NCBI GenBank assembly: GCA_016930515.1
Contig: JAFGGO010000108.1
Span: forward strand, 1-64,000
DNA length: 64,000 nucleotides
Source of the DNA: Promethearchaeota archaeon
GTDB taxonomy: Archaea > Asgardarchaeota > Lokiarchaeia > Sigyniarchaeales > SOKP01
Direction of reading: 5' to 3'
Below the pieces are notes generated by a model. The model saw nothing but the letters and a program-made list of their open reading frames with translations, did not search any database and was not told where the DNA came from. The position numbers and the translations under genes are program-made. Shown here in pieces: positions 1 to 10,301 of the stretch; position 1 is the first letter of the stretch, and every line of letters begins with the position of its first letter.

Positions 1-1310
1 ATTTCCTTGATTTTGTTTTCAATATTTTTAAATCTTTCCTTGATCTTATCAAGAGCTGAAATAATTTCTTTCTTGACATCTGCATCTTTTTCTCGTGCCA
101 AGGCTTTCTTTAATTCAATAGTTGTCCAAACGGTAATTTTTTTATTGTTTAATATAAAGCAAATATTCTGGAGTAGCATTATCGTTTTTTGTCGCTCTCT
201 CCAATATTTTGAATCTAACTTGTATAATATCTTGATGATTTCGTTCTCGATTTCAACTTGATATTCCTCGAATAATCTTTTAAAAACCAAGGCAATCCCG
301 TCTCGGACGTTTTCAGATGGATTTTCAAATTCCTCAAAGATGTAGTTAAAAATCGTTCCTATTTTCTTCTGGCTCAAGTGATATAGAGCGTGTATCAAGT
401 TAGATCTATGTTCTTTATTGCTAGTTTCCAACAACTCGTGAATGAGATTGGACCAGATTTGGTCGAAGTTATTTTCAGCAATACTCACCAAAGCGTCAAT
501 AACTTTAATTTGAATTCGATACTCATCTTCTTCAAGTAGTTTTATGAGTTTCGGGATTATTGGTATCACTTCAGATGATTTTTCCTTTCCAATTTCTCCG
601 AATAACCATATAATAAGCTCTTTTACCCGGGATTCTTCGTTGTAAAGAAGGTTCAAGAGCACGTAAAATATTTTATCTTTAGATAAAAAATAAGTGCTAA
701 GGATTTTTAATAGTTCTGCTGCTGATCTGGCAACATCGTCGTCCTCGTCGCGCAAGTTAAGGATGGCGATAGATAATAAAGGTTCTAAATCTTTTAATTT
801 GGTATAATCTTGATTGAGAATGTTTTGCAAGGTTTTTATAACATTAAGTTTTACCTTCCAATCGTTATCCATTAATTTTTCTGTGAATTCGTCGATCATT
901 TTTTGCAAATCGCTTTTGTCGATGTGTAGAGATAGGATGAGGTTACCAACAATTTTTACTGCGAGTCTCCGCACAATAGCTTCTTGATCGTAATAACGCC
1001 CCTTGATTTTTTCAATAAGCTCAATCAATAAATTTGGTCTATACATCGAAATTTGATAGAGGATTTCAAGCGTAACCAACCGTATCCATGAATCGTTGTT
1101 ATTTATGAATTTTGTAACGTGATTGACCACTTCAAGCGCAATGGCAGGTGTTTTATCGCAAATCTGATTTAAAAGGTTCAGACTCTTATAAATTATTTCC
1201 GAATCTGTTTGAGATTCGATTAATTCAAAAATATTTTCGGTTGCCTTCTCGTAATTTCCCAGCAATATGAGTTTTTTTATACCTTTGGTATTTACAGCTA
1301 AAGACGTCAC
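1..1310 (-). CDS. HEAT-repeat (alpha-solenoid) protein, runs off the left window edge; absent from the ORF track
   Basis: GTG at 1310 (MTSLAVNTKGIKKLILLG...); same frame is still open at the window edge; HEAT-like units NDSWIRLVTLEIL, DQEAIVRRLAVKIVGNL, DNDWKVKL, DEDDDVARSAAELL, NEESRVKE. Confidence 0.8.
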   Translation of the reverse strand, partial: MTSLAVNTKGIKKLILLGNYEKATENIFELIESQTDSEIIYKSLNLLNQICDKTPAIALEVVNHVTKFINNNDSWIRLVTLEILYQISMYRPNLLIELIEKIKGRYYDQEAIVRRLAVKIVGNLILSLHIDKSDLQKMIDEFTEKLMDNDWKVKLNVIKTLQNILNQDYTKLKDLEPLLSIAILNLRDEDDDVARSAAELLKILSTYFLSKDKIFYVLLNLLYNEESRVKELIIWLFGEIGKEKSSEVIPIIPKLIKLLEEDEYRIQIKVIDALVSIAENNFDQIWSNLIHELLETSNKEHRSNLIHALYHLSQKKIGTIFNYIFEEFENPSENVRDGIALVFKRLFEEYQVEIENEIIKILYKLDSKYWRERQKTIMLLQNICFILNNKKITVWTTIELKKALAREKDADVKKEIISALDKIKERFKNIENKIKE

Positions 1311-1458
1311 GATCGCTTCGTTCGAGGGGTGATTGATAATTTACCGTTATAATTTCATTTTTGAAAATTCAAATACTATAATTAATCTCACTAAGAAGTA
1401 TATATAAATTTATAATTTTATAATTACTCGAAAATTGAATGGATTCACGAGTTGAATC

Positions 1459-2235
1459 TTATGGATCGCTTTTTTTGGACAATAGTACGGGATGGAACCT
1501 GGTATAATACTTTTCTTGAGGATTATCTGAATTAAAATAACTTAAAATCCTTGTATTCAAGCATGAACCGTTTATTAAAATGCAAGAAATCCCATATTTA
1601 TCTATAAGAGTGGTAGCGTAATGATCCAAAGGTTTTGAGGACTTCAAGCAGTTTTTTCTGGTGGTAATTGATGATAGCATTTCGTTATTAACAAAATATA
1701 GAAATTCTTTGGAAGAAAAGTCTCGTTTTATAATATCTTCTTCACCTGATTTAATAAACACACCATCAATATTTTTGATTAAAAAACATTCTTTTAACCC
1801 TAAATTGTGGGCTAGATAGATCGCGATAGAATCCGAGGTAACGTCCCAAGAATGGGGGAGTGCGTCCTCGTGCCGCATCCATTCGTAAGGGAGAAAAAAG
1901 AGCATCTCCTCCAAATTCTGAGCTTTTAAGCGTTCTTTTAGACTTTTAATATTCCTCACACAATGTAAGCGTGTTATTTTCTCACATGCCTCAGTTCCGT
2001 TTCGATCCATGGCGTAAATTGCCATCCAATGAGCGAGTTCGTCTCCAAGACCAAACTCTTTATCCATTTCTCTTACAAAATTCGCTCTGGTACCTCCTCC
2101 AGGAACAAAGATCACTGTTGAGATGGTCCTTTTTTTTATTAAAGAATAAAACTGCTCGATTGTATTTTTCAAGTTATCGATGGTTTCTAGTATTGATCCT
2201 CCAAGTTTTGCAACTATTACTTTTTGACTAATTAT
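1459..2235 (-). CDS. mfnE: amino-acid-kinase family protein, MfnE-like (methanofuran biosynthesis)
   Basis: In-frame extension upstream of the track start gives IISQKVIVAKLGGS; motifs VPGGG..AN.VR, AHWMAI.AMD, LPHSWDVTSDSIA; next to mfnF. Start is probably ATA/ATT at 2235/2232. Confidence 0.75.
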   Translation of the reverse strand: MISQKVIVAKLGGSILETIDNLKNTIEQFYSLIKKRTISTVIFVPGGGTRANFVREMDKEFGLGDELAHWMAIYAMDRNGTEACEKITRLHCVRNIKSLKERLKAQNLEEMLFFLPYEWMRHEDALPHSWDVTSDSIAIYLAHNLGLKECFLIKNIDGVFIKSGEEDIIKRDFSSKEFLYFVNNEMLSSITTRKNCLKSSKPLDHYATTLIDKYGISCILINGSCLNTRILSYFNSDNPQEKYYTRFHPVLLSKKSDP

Positions 2236-3330
2236 CTATCCCCTATATAATGATTTATAATAAAATGCGCAACCAACAGCAAGGGCCGAAGAACTGATGC
2301 GATCGTGAATGTGGACCACATCTTCAAATCTTATAATATTGAGAATTCCGAGCATGTTCAATACTTTTTTAATTAAAAATTCACCCGCCAAACCAGTAAT
2401 AACAAATTTGATATCACTTTTATTAAAAACAGATAATCTTTCTTTTAATTCATTCAAAAACGCTATTAACTCGTCCTTTATTATTTTTAATTGAGCATTA
2501 TATATATACAATGCAATTGTTTCAAGTTCTTTTTGAGTAATTGTTTCTTTATCGAGACATATTACTCGAGCGAGTCTTGCGTAGCAATCTTCAATCGATT
2601 TCGTTCGATTGTCTGCGGTTTCTATAAAGTATTCTTTTTCTGATATGTATCCCAGAACTCTATGCACATCAGCAATTAACGCAAATTTTTCAAAGGATAT
2701 CCTTAAATGCTTACCCTTATAAGGTACGAAATGGGTTATCGAGGGGATAGTAGCTCTCAAACCACCAGTGTAAACCAACTCGTGGTGCATGATTCGAGAT
2801 ACATCGTCTTGTCCTACAGTAACGGGAAGAGAATCTAAAATTGGGATGATATCAATTGTTGTTGATCCTGCGTCTATTAAAACGCATAGGGGCTCGTAAT
2901 GACCAAGAAATAACGCTGTTGAAACCCAATTCGCAGCCGCAAGACTAAGATAGGATTTTCTCGCTTCTTCGATTCTGAGATATTCGTTTTTATTGCTTAT
3001 AAAGCGTAGTTTATCTGCTTTAAAAACTTGTTCTAACACATTGAGTATTCTTAGGATTCCTTCCTTTTTCGTTTGAAACGCATCGGAAAGTTCCGCAGTG
3101 ATGGAAACACATACAAAATCGAAATTATTCTCGTCGATATTAAAACCATGCGTGCAATTTGCAGTAATTATTTTTAGCATCCTTGGAATATCATTCAAAT
3201 TATTTTCCCAAAAGGGAAAATATTCTATACAAGAATAAGAATTCACGATTTCACCGTTTTTAAAGCTAACAATCGCGGCTTTTGTATTTGCACCCCCAAT
3301 ATCTAAACCCAAGATTATTGGATCTTTCAT
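2236..3330 (-). CDS. mfnF: hydantoinase A/oxoprolinase-family protein, MfnF-like (H4MPT/methanofuran-linked C1 pathway)
   Basis: LGLDIGGANTK, TAELSDAF.TK.EG, AAANW, DAGSTTIDIIP, ELVYTG.LR, ARLARVIC.D. Confidence 0.8.
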   Translation of the reverse strand: MKDPIILGLDIGGANTKAAIVSFKNGEIVNSYSCIEYFPFWENNLNDIPRMLKIITANCTHGFNIDENNFDFVCVSITAELSDAFQTKKEGILRILNVLEQVFKADKLRFISNKNEYLRIEEARKSYLSLAAANWVSTALFLGHYEPLCVLIDAGSTTIDIIPILDSLPVTVGQDDVSRIMHHELVYTGGLRATIPSITHFVPYKGKHLRISFEKFALIADVHRVLGYISEKEYFIETADNRTKSIEDCYARLARVICLDKETITQKELETIALYIYNAQLKIIKDELIAFLNELKERLSVFNKSDIKFVITGLAGEFLIKKVLNMLGILNIIRFEDVVHIHDRISSSALAVGCAFYYKSLYRG

Positions 3331-4370
3331 TGTTCAAATCTCTCTTGCAAGTGAAGAATTAATTCTTGCGAATTTTCTCCCGTTAAGGCATTTGTCAAAA
3401 AATAACTTCCTTTTTTTAAATTAATTCTTTCAATAAGGTGATTAATTTCGGATTCTTTGGCCAAATCCATTTTGTTCAAGACGACAATGATTTCAATGTT
3501 TCCGTCTTTCGAAAAATTTTGCGTAATTTCTTGGTATAAATCCAATTGGGAATTCACACTATAACCAGAAGAAGGTGTCGGATCAAAAACGAAGATAATA
3601 ACATCAGCAATGAGCTTTAATGCTAATATGGCTTGTAATTCAATGGCGTTTCTTTCTGACATGGGGCGATCTAATATACCTGGAGTGTCCATTATTTGAA
3701 CTCGAATCTCTTCGAACCGCTTTTTGATGATCAAGTGTCCAAGAATTAATTTTTTCGTCGTAAATGGATATTCTTGTACTTCAATTTTTTTATTAGTTGA
3801 AATGAGCTTTACTAAGCTGCTCTTACCAACATTCGGCGCTCCTGCACACACGACGCACGGTTGCGTGTAATCTAACGAGGGGATGCTTCTTAAGGCTCCT
3901 CTTAACCCGTTGAGATATTTTAAATTCTTATCTTGCTTATATAATATCGACGAAACCCTTCCAAACGTCGCCCTCCTGATTTGATCTCCTTCTTTCGGTC
4001 GTTCTATCTTGTTCAATTGTTTGACGGATTCCCTTTCAATCTTACTAAGAACTGGTAATATTCCATTTAATTTTCCCAAGGTTAATTTTAACTCGTCAGC
4101 ATCAACAAGGATCGAAGCGAGTTCCCTGTAGAAATCTGGAAGTTCGTCAATTATTGGAACGCTTTTAATAATCTTTAATATTTTATCGATAATAACCTTT
4201 ATAGCAACCTTGATTCGTTCGCCTTCTTTTTTCTTTGCCTTAATGAGAATCGGAGCATTAGTTGAAACCTGAGTAGAACTTCTCATGGCTTTTTTAAACG
4301 CAATATCGAGCACTTTTTGGGAGGTTGGTAAGTACGCAAAATTAAGGAAGGGATTGTCCATTATTCTCAC
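3327..4370 (-). CDS. NOG1-family (Obg-like) GTPase, ribosome biogenesis
   Basis: N-terminal helical domain (PDFYREL, FGRVSS); GAPNVGKSS, YPFTTK, DTPGILDRP, ERNAIE.QAILAL, NKMD; ATG at 4361 is an alternative start; ATGA overlap with mfnF. Confidence 0.9.
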   Translation of the reverse strand: MRIMDNPFLNFAYLPTSQKVLDIAFKKAMRSSTQVSTNAPILIKAKKKEGERIKVAIKVIIDKILKIIKSVPIIDELPDFYRELASILVDADELKLTLGKLNGILPVLSKIERESVKQLNKIERPKEGDQIRRATFGRVSSILYKQDKNLKYLNGLRGALRSIPSLDYTQPCVVCAGAPNVGKSSLVKLISTNKKIEVQEYPFTTKKLILGHLIIKKRFEEIRVQIMDTPGILDRPMSERNAIELQAILALKLIADVIIFVFDPTPSSGYSVNSQLDLYQEITQNFSKDGNIEIIVVLNKMDLAKESEINHLIERINLKKGSYFLTNALTGENSQELILHLQERFEQ

Positions 4371-4609
4371 GAATCGTGTTATTTATCTTACTAGATATAA
4401 AGTAGCATTCAATATTACTTTTTTGCTTTTTTCAATTACTTCAATCCCTTGGCTCCAAAGCGATGTACTTCGTTCCATGTTTATCATGACAACTCGGACA
4501 GAAAATAATAATGATGTTATTCTGATTTACCTAAATTAGAAAAATTAAAAAATTTTAGAATATTATATATTTCAAATAAAGAACTAGTCAATTAGGAATT
4601 TGAAAGCAA

Positions 4610-5698
4610 ATGGAAAAAACTAAAATTGGAATTTTAGGAGCAACGGGAGTAGTAGGTCAAAATTACATCAAGCTACTCTTAGATCACCCGTGGTTTGAAA
4701 TTATTGATGTTGCTGCTTCTCCAAGATCTGCTGGTAAGACTTATCTTGAGGCTGTAAAGGATAAATGGCAAATGCTTGTCCCAATTCCAGAAAATTTGAA
4801 AGGATTAATTGTTCGAGACGTGCAGGATTTTAACTCTTTGAGCAAGGATGTAAGTTTCGTGTTTTCTGCAATGGATCTGCCAAAAAAGGAAGAAACTCGA
4901 GAAGTGGAATTCAAATACGCTCAAAAAGGTATCCCCGTCATAAGTAATAGTTCAGCAAATAGATGGACTCCAGACGTACCAATGTTAATCGGCGAAATAA
5001 ATTACGAGCATGTGAATGTAATTCCCATTCAAAAAAAGAACCGGGGATTTACAGATGGATTCGTTGCGGTAAAACCAAACTGCTCGCTCCAAAGTTATCT
5101 CACTGCGATTTACGCGTTGGAAAAAGCGGGATTCAAGGTGAAAAAACTCATCATAACGACGCTTCAGGCAGTTTCAGGTGCGGGATATCCAGGAGTACCC
5201 TCTCTTGACATGATCGACAACATCGTACCTTATATTGGTGGAGAAGAAGAAAAAACCGAACAGGAACCCATGAAAATCTTGGGAACTATTGGAGATTCAG
5301 GTATTATAAACGACGAATCGATTAAAATTAGTGCGAATTGTACACGCGTTCCCGTGACGGACGGTCATACGGCTTGTGTTAATGTGAAATTTAAGGATAA
5401 GATTCCCTCAAGCGAAGAAATAATCAGAATCTGGAAAGAATTTAGATCCGTCCCCCAAGAATTAGACTTGCCTTTTGCACCAAAACAACCAATCATATAC
5501 TTAGACAATGATAATCGACCACAACCTAAAAAGGATAGGAATAACGATAAGGGAATGGCAGTTACCGTAGGACGCTTGAGAAAAGACACGGTATTCGATT
5601 ATAAATTCATCGCCATGAGTCATAATACTATTAGAGGTGCTGCGGGAGGAGGAATTCTGAACGCAGAGTTGTTAAAAGCGAAAGGATTCATAAAATAA
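4610..5698 (+). CDS. asd: aspartate-semialdehyde dehydrogenase
   Basis: GILGATGVVGQ, PNCS catalytic Cys, QAVSGAGYPG, CTRVPVTDGH, HNTIRGAAGG. Confidence 0.95.
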   Translation: MEKTKIGILGATGVVGQNYIKLLLDHPWFEIIDVAASPRSAGKTYLEAVKDKWQMLVPIPENLKGLIVRDVQDFNSLSKDVSFVFSAMDLPKKEETREVEFKYAQKGIPVISNSSANRWTPDVPMLIGEINYEHVNVIPIQKKNRGFTDGFVAVKPNCSLQSYLTAIYALEKAGFKVKKLIITTLQAVSGAGYPGVPSLDMIDNIVPYIGGEEEKTEQEPMKILGTIGDSGIINDESIKISANCTRVPVTDGHTACVNVKFKDKIPSSEEIIRIWKEFRSVPQELDLPFAPKQPIIYLDNDNRPQPKKDRNNDKGMAVTVGRLRKDTVFDYKFIAMSHNTIRGAAGGGILNAELLKAKGFIK

Positions 5699-6000
5699 TC
5701 AAGTTCTACCCCTTTTTTATTTTTAGTTAATAATTTTAGATGATGTCCTCTTTTTATCTTAAATGCGCTTGTTTATATAATAAAGTAAGAGAATAAAGAA
5801 GTCAAGGATAAAATCGAAATAATTAAGATCAGGGAAAACAACACTATTACAAGTCCAATAGCGTACATGAATGAAAGGATTTGCTCGTGATATTAAAATA
5901 ATTTAACCGCGTGAATCGCACGAGGATTTAAATTCGGTCAAGATTTATCTTGATTTTTGGAAACTATGAATTAGCCTTTATAATATAATAAATTTCTTTT

Positions 6001-7575
6001 TTAAAATTCGTGTTTGTCTATGACAATCGAAGATAAAACCTTGAGAATCTTGAAAGAACCCGAATTTTTAAAGAAAGTTATAAATGGAGTCTTTGGATGC
6101 GTGTTGAAGTAATTATCGTTCCGCATTAATTTTAAAATCCTTATAATATTCAAAAAATTTAAAGTTGGTGTCTGAAAAACGAGAAGATGAATTATTTTCG
6201 TCAATAATAATTTATCTATCTTGAGAATTAAAGATGGTGTGCCGTGGATTTCCGAAACTCTGAATCTTATTGCGGCTAAACTATTATTCTCACCATCAAT
6301 GATTATTTTATCTTTATTAACTGAGTGTATCTTCCTTAAGGCACCATTTTCAAAATCAAACAAGATACTTCTGACTAAACTAGACATTATATTGTTTTTT
6401 CCTTTATTTCCATGAATATCGGTGAATAAAACTAGTATTTTAGCGTTTAAGCCGAACGAACTAAAAATGGCTTGAAAAAAAGTAGTTGGAATCGACCAAT
6501 GCGATAATTTCTTGATATTTAAGTTAAGACCTAAAATTCTCAAGAAAAATCGCTTTAAATTGAATAAAGCTATTCTTGGAGCTCGAAACCAGCGATTCTC
6601 GTAGCTACGCAATCCGAACAGGATCTTTTGCGCAAATAGTTGAAGCACTTCTTTATTTAATGGAAAATCAAGCCCAAACAAATCTAGTGCAATAGATATT
6701 ATGTCCTTAAATTGAAATTGAAAGGCAACATTTAGCTCTTCTTTCTTGAGGATCGTATTCATCGTTTCTTGAGGCTTATCAAGGATGTACTTCATTTTTA
6801 TATCATTAATTGGCGTTATTTTTACTTCAAATGGGATTTTTCCTGAAAAATATTTTCCTTTCGAAAGCTTCATTAAAAAATCGCCTTTTTCATGTCCAAT
6901 TAAAAATCCAATAGATGCTTGGGGTAATAACTCCCCAATCAAGAGGGCCAATTCGGACAGGCGAATATTAGAGAGGATTGATAAGAGATCTTCGAGAAAC
7001 ATTATGACATTTGGTTTAGGATAGAACCAAATCAATTCGTTTTCAACTGCTTCCTGAACGAAATTGAAAAAGTTACGATAATACTCGAGAGTAGAATCAT
7101 AAATATTAGCCGAATATAAATTATTTATCGCAATAAAAATATTTTCTTTAAAAACTCGAATGGAGCTTATTTTTACCTGTCTCTGATTAATAAATATCTG
7201 TTGGAGCTGGGTAAATAACAGTTCCTTATTTTTAAGATCAATATTTTGGTAAGGTGACTTATTATCATTGAATAATTGTAAGGGTATCTTTTCTAATGAG
7301 TCGTGAACTCCTGATTTTTTTGTTTTATATAAGAATGCGTGGGTAATCTTATCTTCATTCTGAGAGATAACGATGTCTAAAATGTTTTGCTGGTCGCTAA
7401 TAAATTTAGGATAAAGGATCTTGGACAGTAAATAAAGTACTGAAGCATTTGCATCTATTGGAGTTAGTGGAATTCGCACTTCAACATCTTCTATCTGTTC
7501 TTTTGACTGAGTTCTTTTTCCGTTATATTCCAAAATCGTTTTCCAGATATTTTTAAATTCCTGATTTATCTCCAT
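6001..7575 (-). CDS. hypothetical protein (524 aa), abuts the DUF362 gene
   Basis: Long ORF; start directly follows the upstream stop; no recognised motif. Confidence 0.75.
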   Translation of the reverse strand: MEINQEFKNIWKTILEYNGKRTQSKEQIEDVEVRIPLTPIDANASVLYLLSKILYPKFISDQQNILDIVISQNEDKITHAFLYKTKKSGVHDSLEKIPLQLFNDNKSPYQNIDLKNKELLFTQLQQIFINQRQVKISSIRVFKENIFIAINNLYSANIYDSTLEYYRNFFNFVQEAVENELIWFYPKPNVIMFLEDLLSILSNIRLSELALLIGELLPQASIGFLIGHEKGDFLMKLSKGKYFSGKIPFEVKITPINDIKMKYILDKPQETMNTILKKEELNVAFQFQFKDIISIALDLFGLDFPLNKEVLQLFAQKILFGLRSYENRWFRAPRIALFNLKRFFLRILGLNLNIKKLSHWSIPTTFFQAIFSSFGLNAKILVLFTDIHGNKGKNNIMSSLVRSILFDFENGALRKIHSVNKDKIIIDGENNSLAAIRFRVSEIHGTPSLILKIDKLLLTKIIHLLVFQTPTLNFLNIIRILKLMRNDNYFNTHPKTPFITFFKNSGSFKILKVLSSIVIDKHEF

Positions 7576-8958
7576 TTAGTTGGTCTCCCCTTTATTTTTC
7601 TTTAATTTTTGACTACATAAAGAGTTTAGAAGCGTCAGTACTGGCATGTTATTCTCGCGAAAATGTTCAAGAAATTGAGGTAAAGCATTTAAAGCCGTTG
7701 GTGGACAACCTTTAATCTCCAAGACATTTTTATTTGGTTTTAATTTTTGTTTTTTCTTTTTTGTTATTTTATCAACCCTAAAATCGCTATCTTTGGTCGA
7801 TTTTATAGCACAATCTCCAAACACAATTATGTTATTTGATTGAGATACTGGTATAGGTGGTTTATCACCAAGTAGAAAAGATGTTTCTGACATGTATTTT
7901 AAGTCCTTTAAAAGTATTGTTTTCAAGAAGTTTAACAAGTAATAAGCTTGCACATGGCATCCAGAACACATCTGACCTTGCAGCACATTAATTTCATTAA
8001 TATGAATGTCCGAGAGTATTTTTTGGCAGGGTTCTACAATTACCCCATAATCCTTGAGAGTACCATCAAGTTGGATTTTTGATAGATCAAAAGAACCCAA
8101 GCCTCTTTGATGGGCTTCGTTTAAAATTTCGTCATTTTCTGGAGCAACATTCAATAAATTTGATGTTATCAAATCCACGCTAAACGCGTCGTTTCCCACT
8201 ACGATTGTTCCCGTTTTTACCATGTTAGAGTCTTTAAAAACGAAGGGTCCTGCGCCTTCTAATATGTAAAAGAGATCGTTTATTATCAAGGTTGGAATTT
8301 TTATCGAATACACATCTACGATTTTGGCCACCATTTCTTTCTTATATTGATCGGTTGCAAGGTATTCTGTATCACATGCTTTGTTACACTTGACTTCTTG
8401 GTCTTCGGGTGATATCAATGAATACGAGTTTAATATTGATGATGTGTGGTGAAAAAGCGGATGGACTTTAACTTGATTGAAAGAGATCAGTTTGTTAGAT
8501 TCTAAAACCGTTTTTGGAATGTAAAAAAGGCGATTGTTCGCGAATATCTTCTCGGAGGTTTGCGATTTCAAAAATTTCTTCTTATCGTCTGTATCTGATA
8601 ATCTATTACTATTATCTAGATAAGCTAGTTCTACGCCAATTTCTTTGAATAATCCTTCCAATCCTAAGGTTTCAGAAATATCCTTGATTGAGGTTCCTTC
8701 ATAAGGAAAACTGCCAACATTGATTTTATTGGCTCCGGCATTTCGACACGCATCAATTAATTCCTTTAATGCGTCAAGATTAACGGTAGTCGGATAAGAT
8801 TTAGGTAAATCCAAGGTAACCTTGATAAAGACATTATCTCCTTTGTCGATATGATTCTGAATTCCACCAATTCTTTCAAGACCTTTTAAAACGCTTTCTT
8901 GAGGCGTTTGTTCTCTAACGATCGCAACAATGGGTTGTTTTAAGTTCGTCGTGGCCAT
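7576..8958 (-). CDS. DUF362-domain Fe-S protein
   Basis: GDNVFIK, N..KVH, EGAGP, D.FSVD; C-terminal CSGC...FGDC...GCPP Cys set. Confidence 0.8.
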   Translation of the reverse strand: MATTNLKQPIVAIVREQTPQESVLKGLERIGGIQNHIDKGDNVFIKVTLDLPKSYPTTVNLDALKELIDACRNAGANKINVGSFPYEGTSIKDISETLGLEGLFKEIGVELAYLDNSNRLSDTDDKKKFLKSQTSEKIFANNRLFYIPKTVLESNKLISFNQVKVHPLFHHTSSILNSYSLISPEDQEVKCNKACDTEYLATDQYKKEMVAKIVDVYSIKIPTLIINDLFYILEGAGPFVFKDSNMVKTGTIVVGNDAFSVDLITSNLLNVAPENDEILNEAHQRGLGSFDLSKIQLDGTLKDYGVIVEPCQKILSDIHINEINVLQGQMCSGCHVQAYYLLNFLKTILLKDLKYMSETSFLLGDKPPIPVSQSNNIIVFGDCAIKSTKDSDFRVDKITKKKKQKLKPNKNVLEIKGCPPTALNALPQFLEHFRENNMPVLTLLNSLCSQKLKKNKGETN

Positions 8959-9616
8959 GTTAAATACTCGAAATAATTTTTATGTATAATTATAGTAGTT
9001 CCAAGTAATTTAATTCTTATTTTTGTGTTTTTTTACACTGGTTTTTTTATTGAAGCTTTTTCATTAACAAAAGTTATATATCTCACAACTCCTATCTATA
9101 ATTGACCCATTTATAGTGTTTTCACGAGGAATTACGATGAATGAAAATCTCCCAATGGGCCAAAAGGGAGCCTTTATTGGCTCCTGCCATATTTGTTTGT
9201 TTCTTAAAGGAAATATGCAATTAATGAATTTTCTTATACTAAATATCAATAAAAAAAAGAGCTCAAGATGTTTTCCGCTTGAAAAAAAAAGAAATACTTA
9301 TATTGGGAGAATTATATTTTCCCAAGGATTTCCTGGAAGCTCCTAGTTCTGGTTGTAGATAATAAACAAGTGTATAGTTTTCTTAATCGATCTTATGCAT
9401 AAAAAACTAAATTATAATACATAACAGGCAATAATTTTTTAAGAAAAAGAGTTATTGAGAATGTGATCATTCACTTTTCTACCATAAACATTTATAAATA
9501 AACGCGATAAATAGTTTTATAAAGCTATAATGTAATTAACCAATTAGCTGCGTGCAAATTCAGAACCTTTCTTATTAATATTAGTGAATGGTTTTTCTTG
9601 CTCTACTAGCGCGCCT

Positions 9617-9630
9617 TAAACACGTGTTTA
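9617..9630. promoter_or_regulatory. perfect 14-bp palindrome TAAACACGTGTTTA immediately before the ATG at 9632
   Basis: Seen directly; function inferred. Confidence 0.35.
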
Positions 9631-9631
9631 T

Positions 9632-10141
9632 ATGAAAAAGGAAGGAAACGACTCATTAGAAATAAAGATATCTAAAGGAGTCTATGTTGATGGGGGGATT
9701 GCAAGATTTATTAAAAATTTCAATAAATGGGGATATACGACGAAAATGTCTTGTTCTGCAATGATATCGGATGGACACAACATAAAGCTCGGATATAGAC
9801 CATTTATCTCGTTTGAGCGCCCATCAGAAGAAGAAAGCAATCCCGAAGTCTATTTCAGATTTTTAGTATCTGTATTCAAGGAAGTCAATTATCTTGAAGA
9901 ACTTCGATTACCCTACGACCCGGAACTAAGGGCATATTGGTACCTCAATTTCCAACCTTTAAATTCTAAAGATTTATCCGAAGTAAAAGGTCTTAATGCT
10001 TATTTACCTTACGGCATGCCTGACGATAAGATTTTCGAAAAATTCAAGGAATTACACTCTTTTTTACGACAAAAAGACTTTTTCAAGAAACTTTCGAGAA
10101 AGGAAACTAAGGACGGCGAAGATATAATTCAGATATTATAA
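9632..10141 (+). CDS. hypothetical protein with a TYW3-N-terminus-like motif
   Basis: VDGGIARFIKNFNKWGYTTKMSCS...GH resembles the D.xI..L...N......T.SSC.G pattern. Confidence 0.6.
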   Translation: MKKEGNDSLEIKISKGVYVDGGIARFIKNFNKWGYTTKMSCSAMISDGHNIKLGYRPFISFERPSEEESNPEVYFRFLVSVFKEVNYLEELRLPYDPELRAYWYLNFQPLNSKDLSEVKGLNAYLPYGMPDDKIFEKFKELHSFLRQKDFFKKLSRKETKDGEDIIQIL

Positions 10142-10301
10142 TGATTTTCTTAAAAATTTCACATACCATCAACAATCTGTGAATATTTCAAATCAAATCT
10201 TTTTTGCCTCCTACAAATTAAGCAATTTTTTATAAAATATTGGAAAAAAACTTATTAGGTTTTAATAATTGCTCTATTCATACACAGCAAGAATAAATTG
10301 A

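Noticed and set aside
5773-5868. 31-codon hydrophobic minus-strand ORF (MYAIGLVIVLFSLILIISILSLTSLFSYFII)
   Set aside because: No SD; AT-rich DNA readily yields such frames; at best a membrane-gene remnant.
9064-9360. Overlapping 61/76-aa ORFs and local hairpins (GGAGCC..GGCTCC; TTGGGA..TCCCAA) as a possible ncRNA or SECIS
   Set aside because: No recognisable RNA-family motif and no in-frame TGA selenoprotein nearby; more likely a decayed gene.
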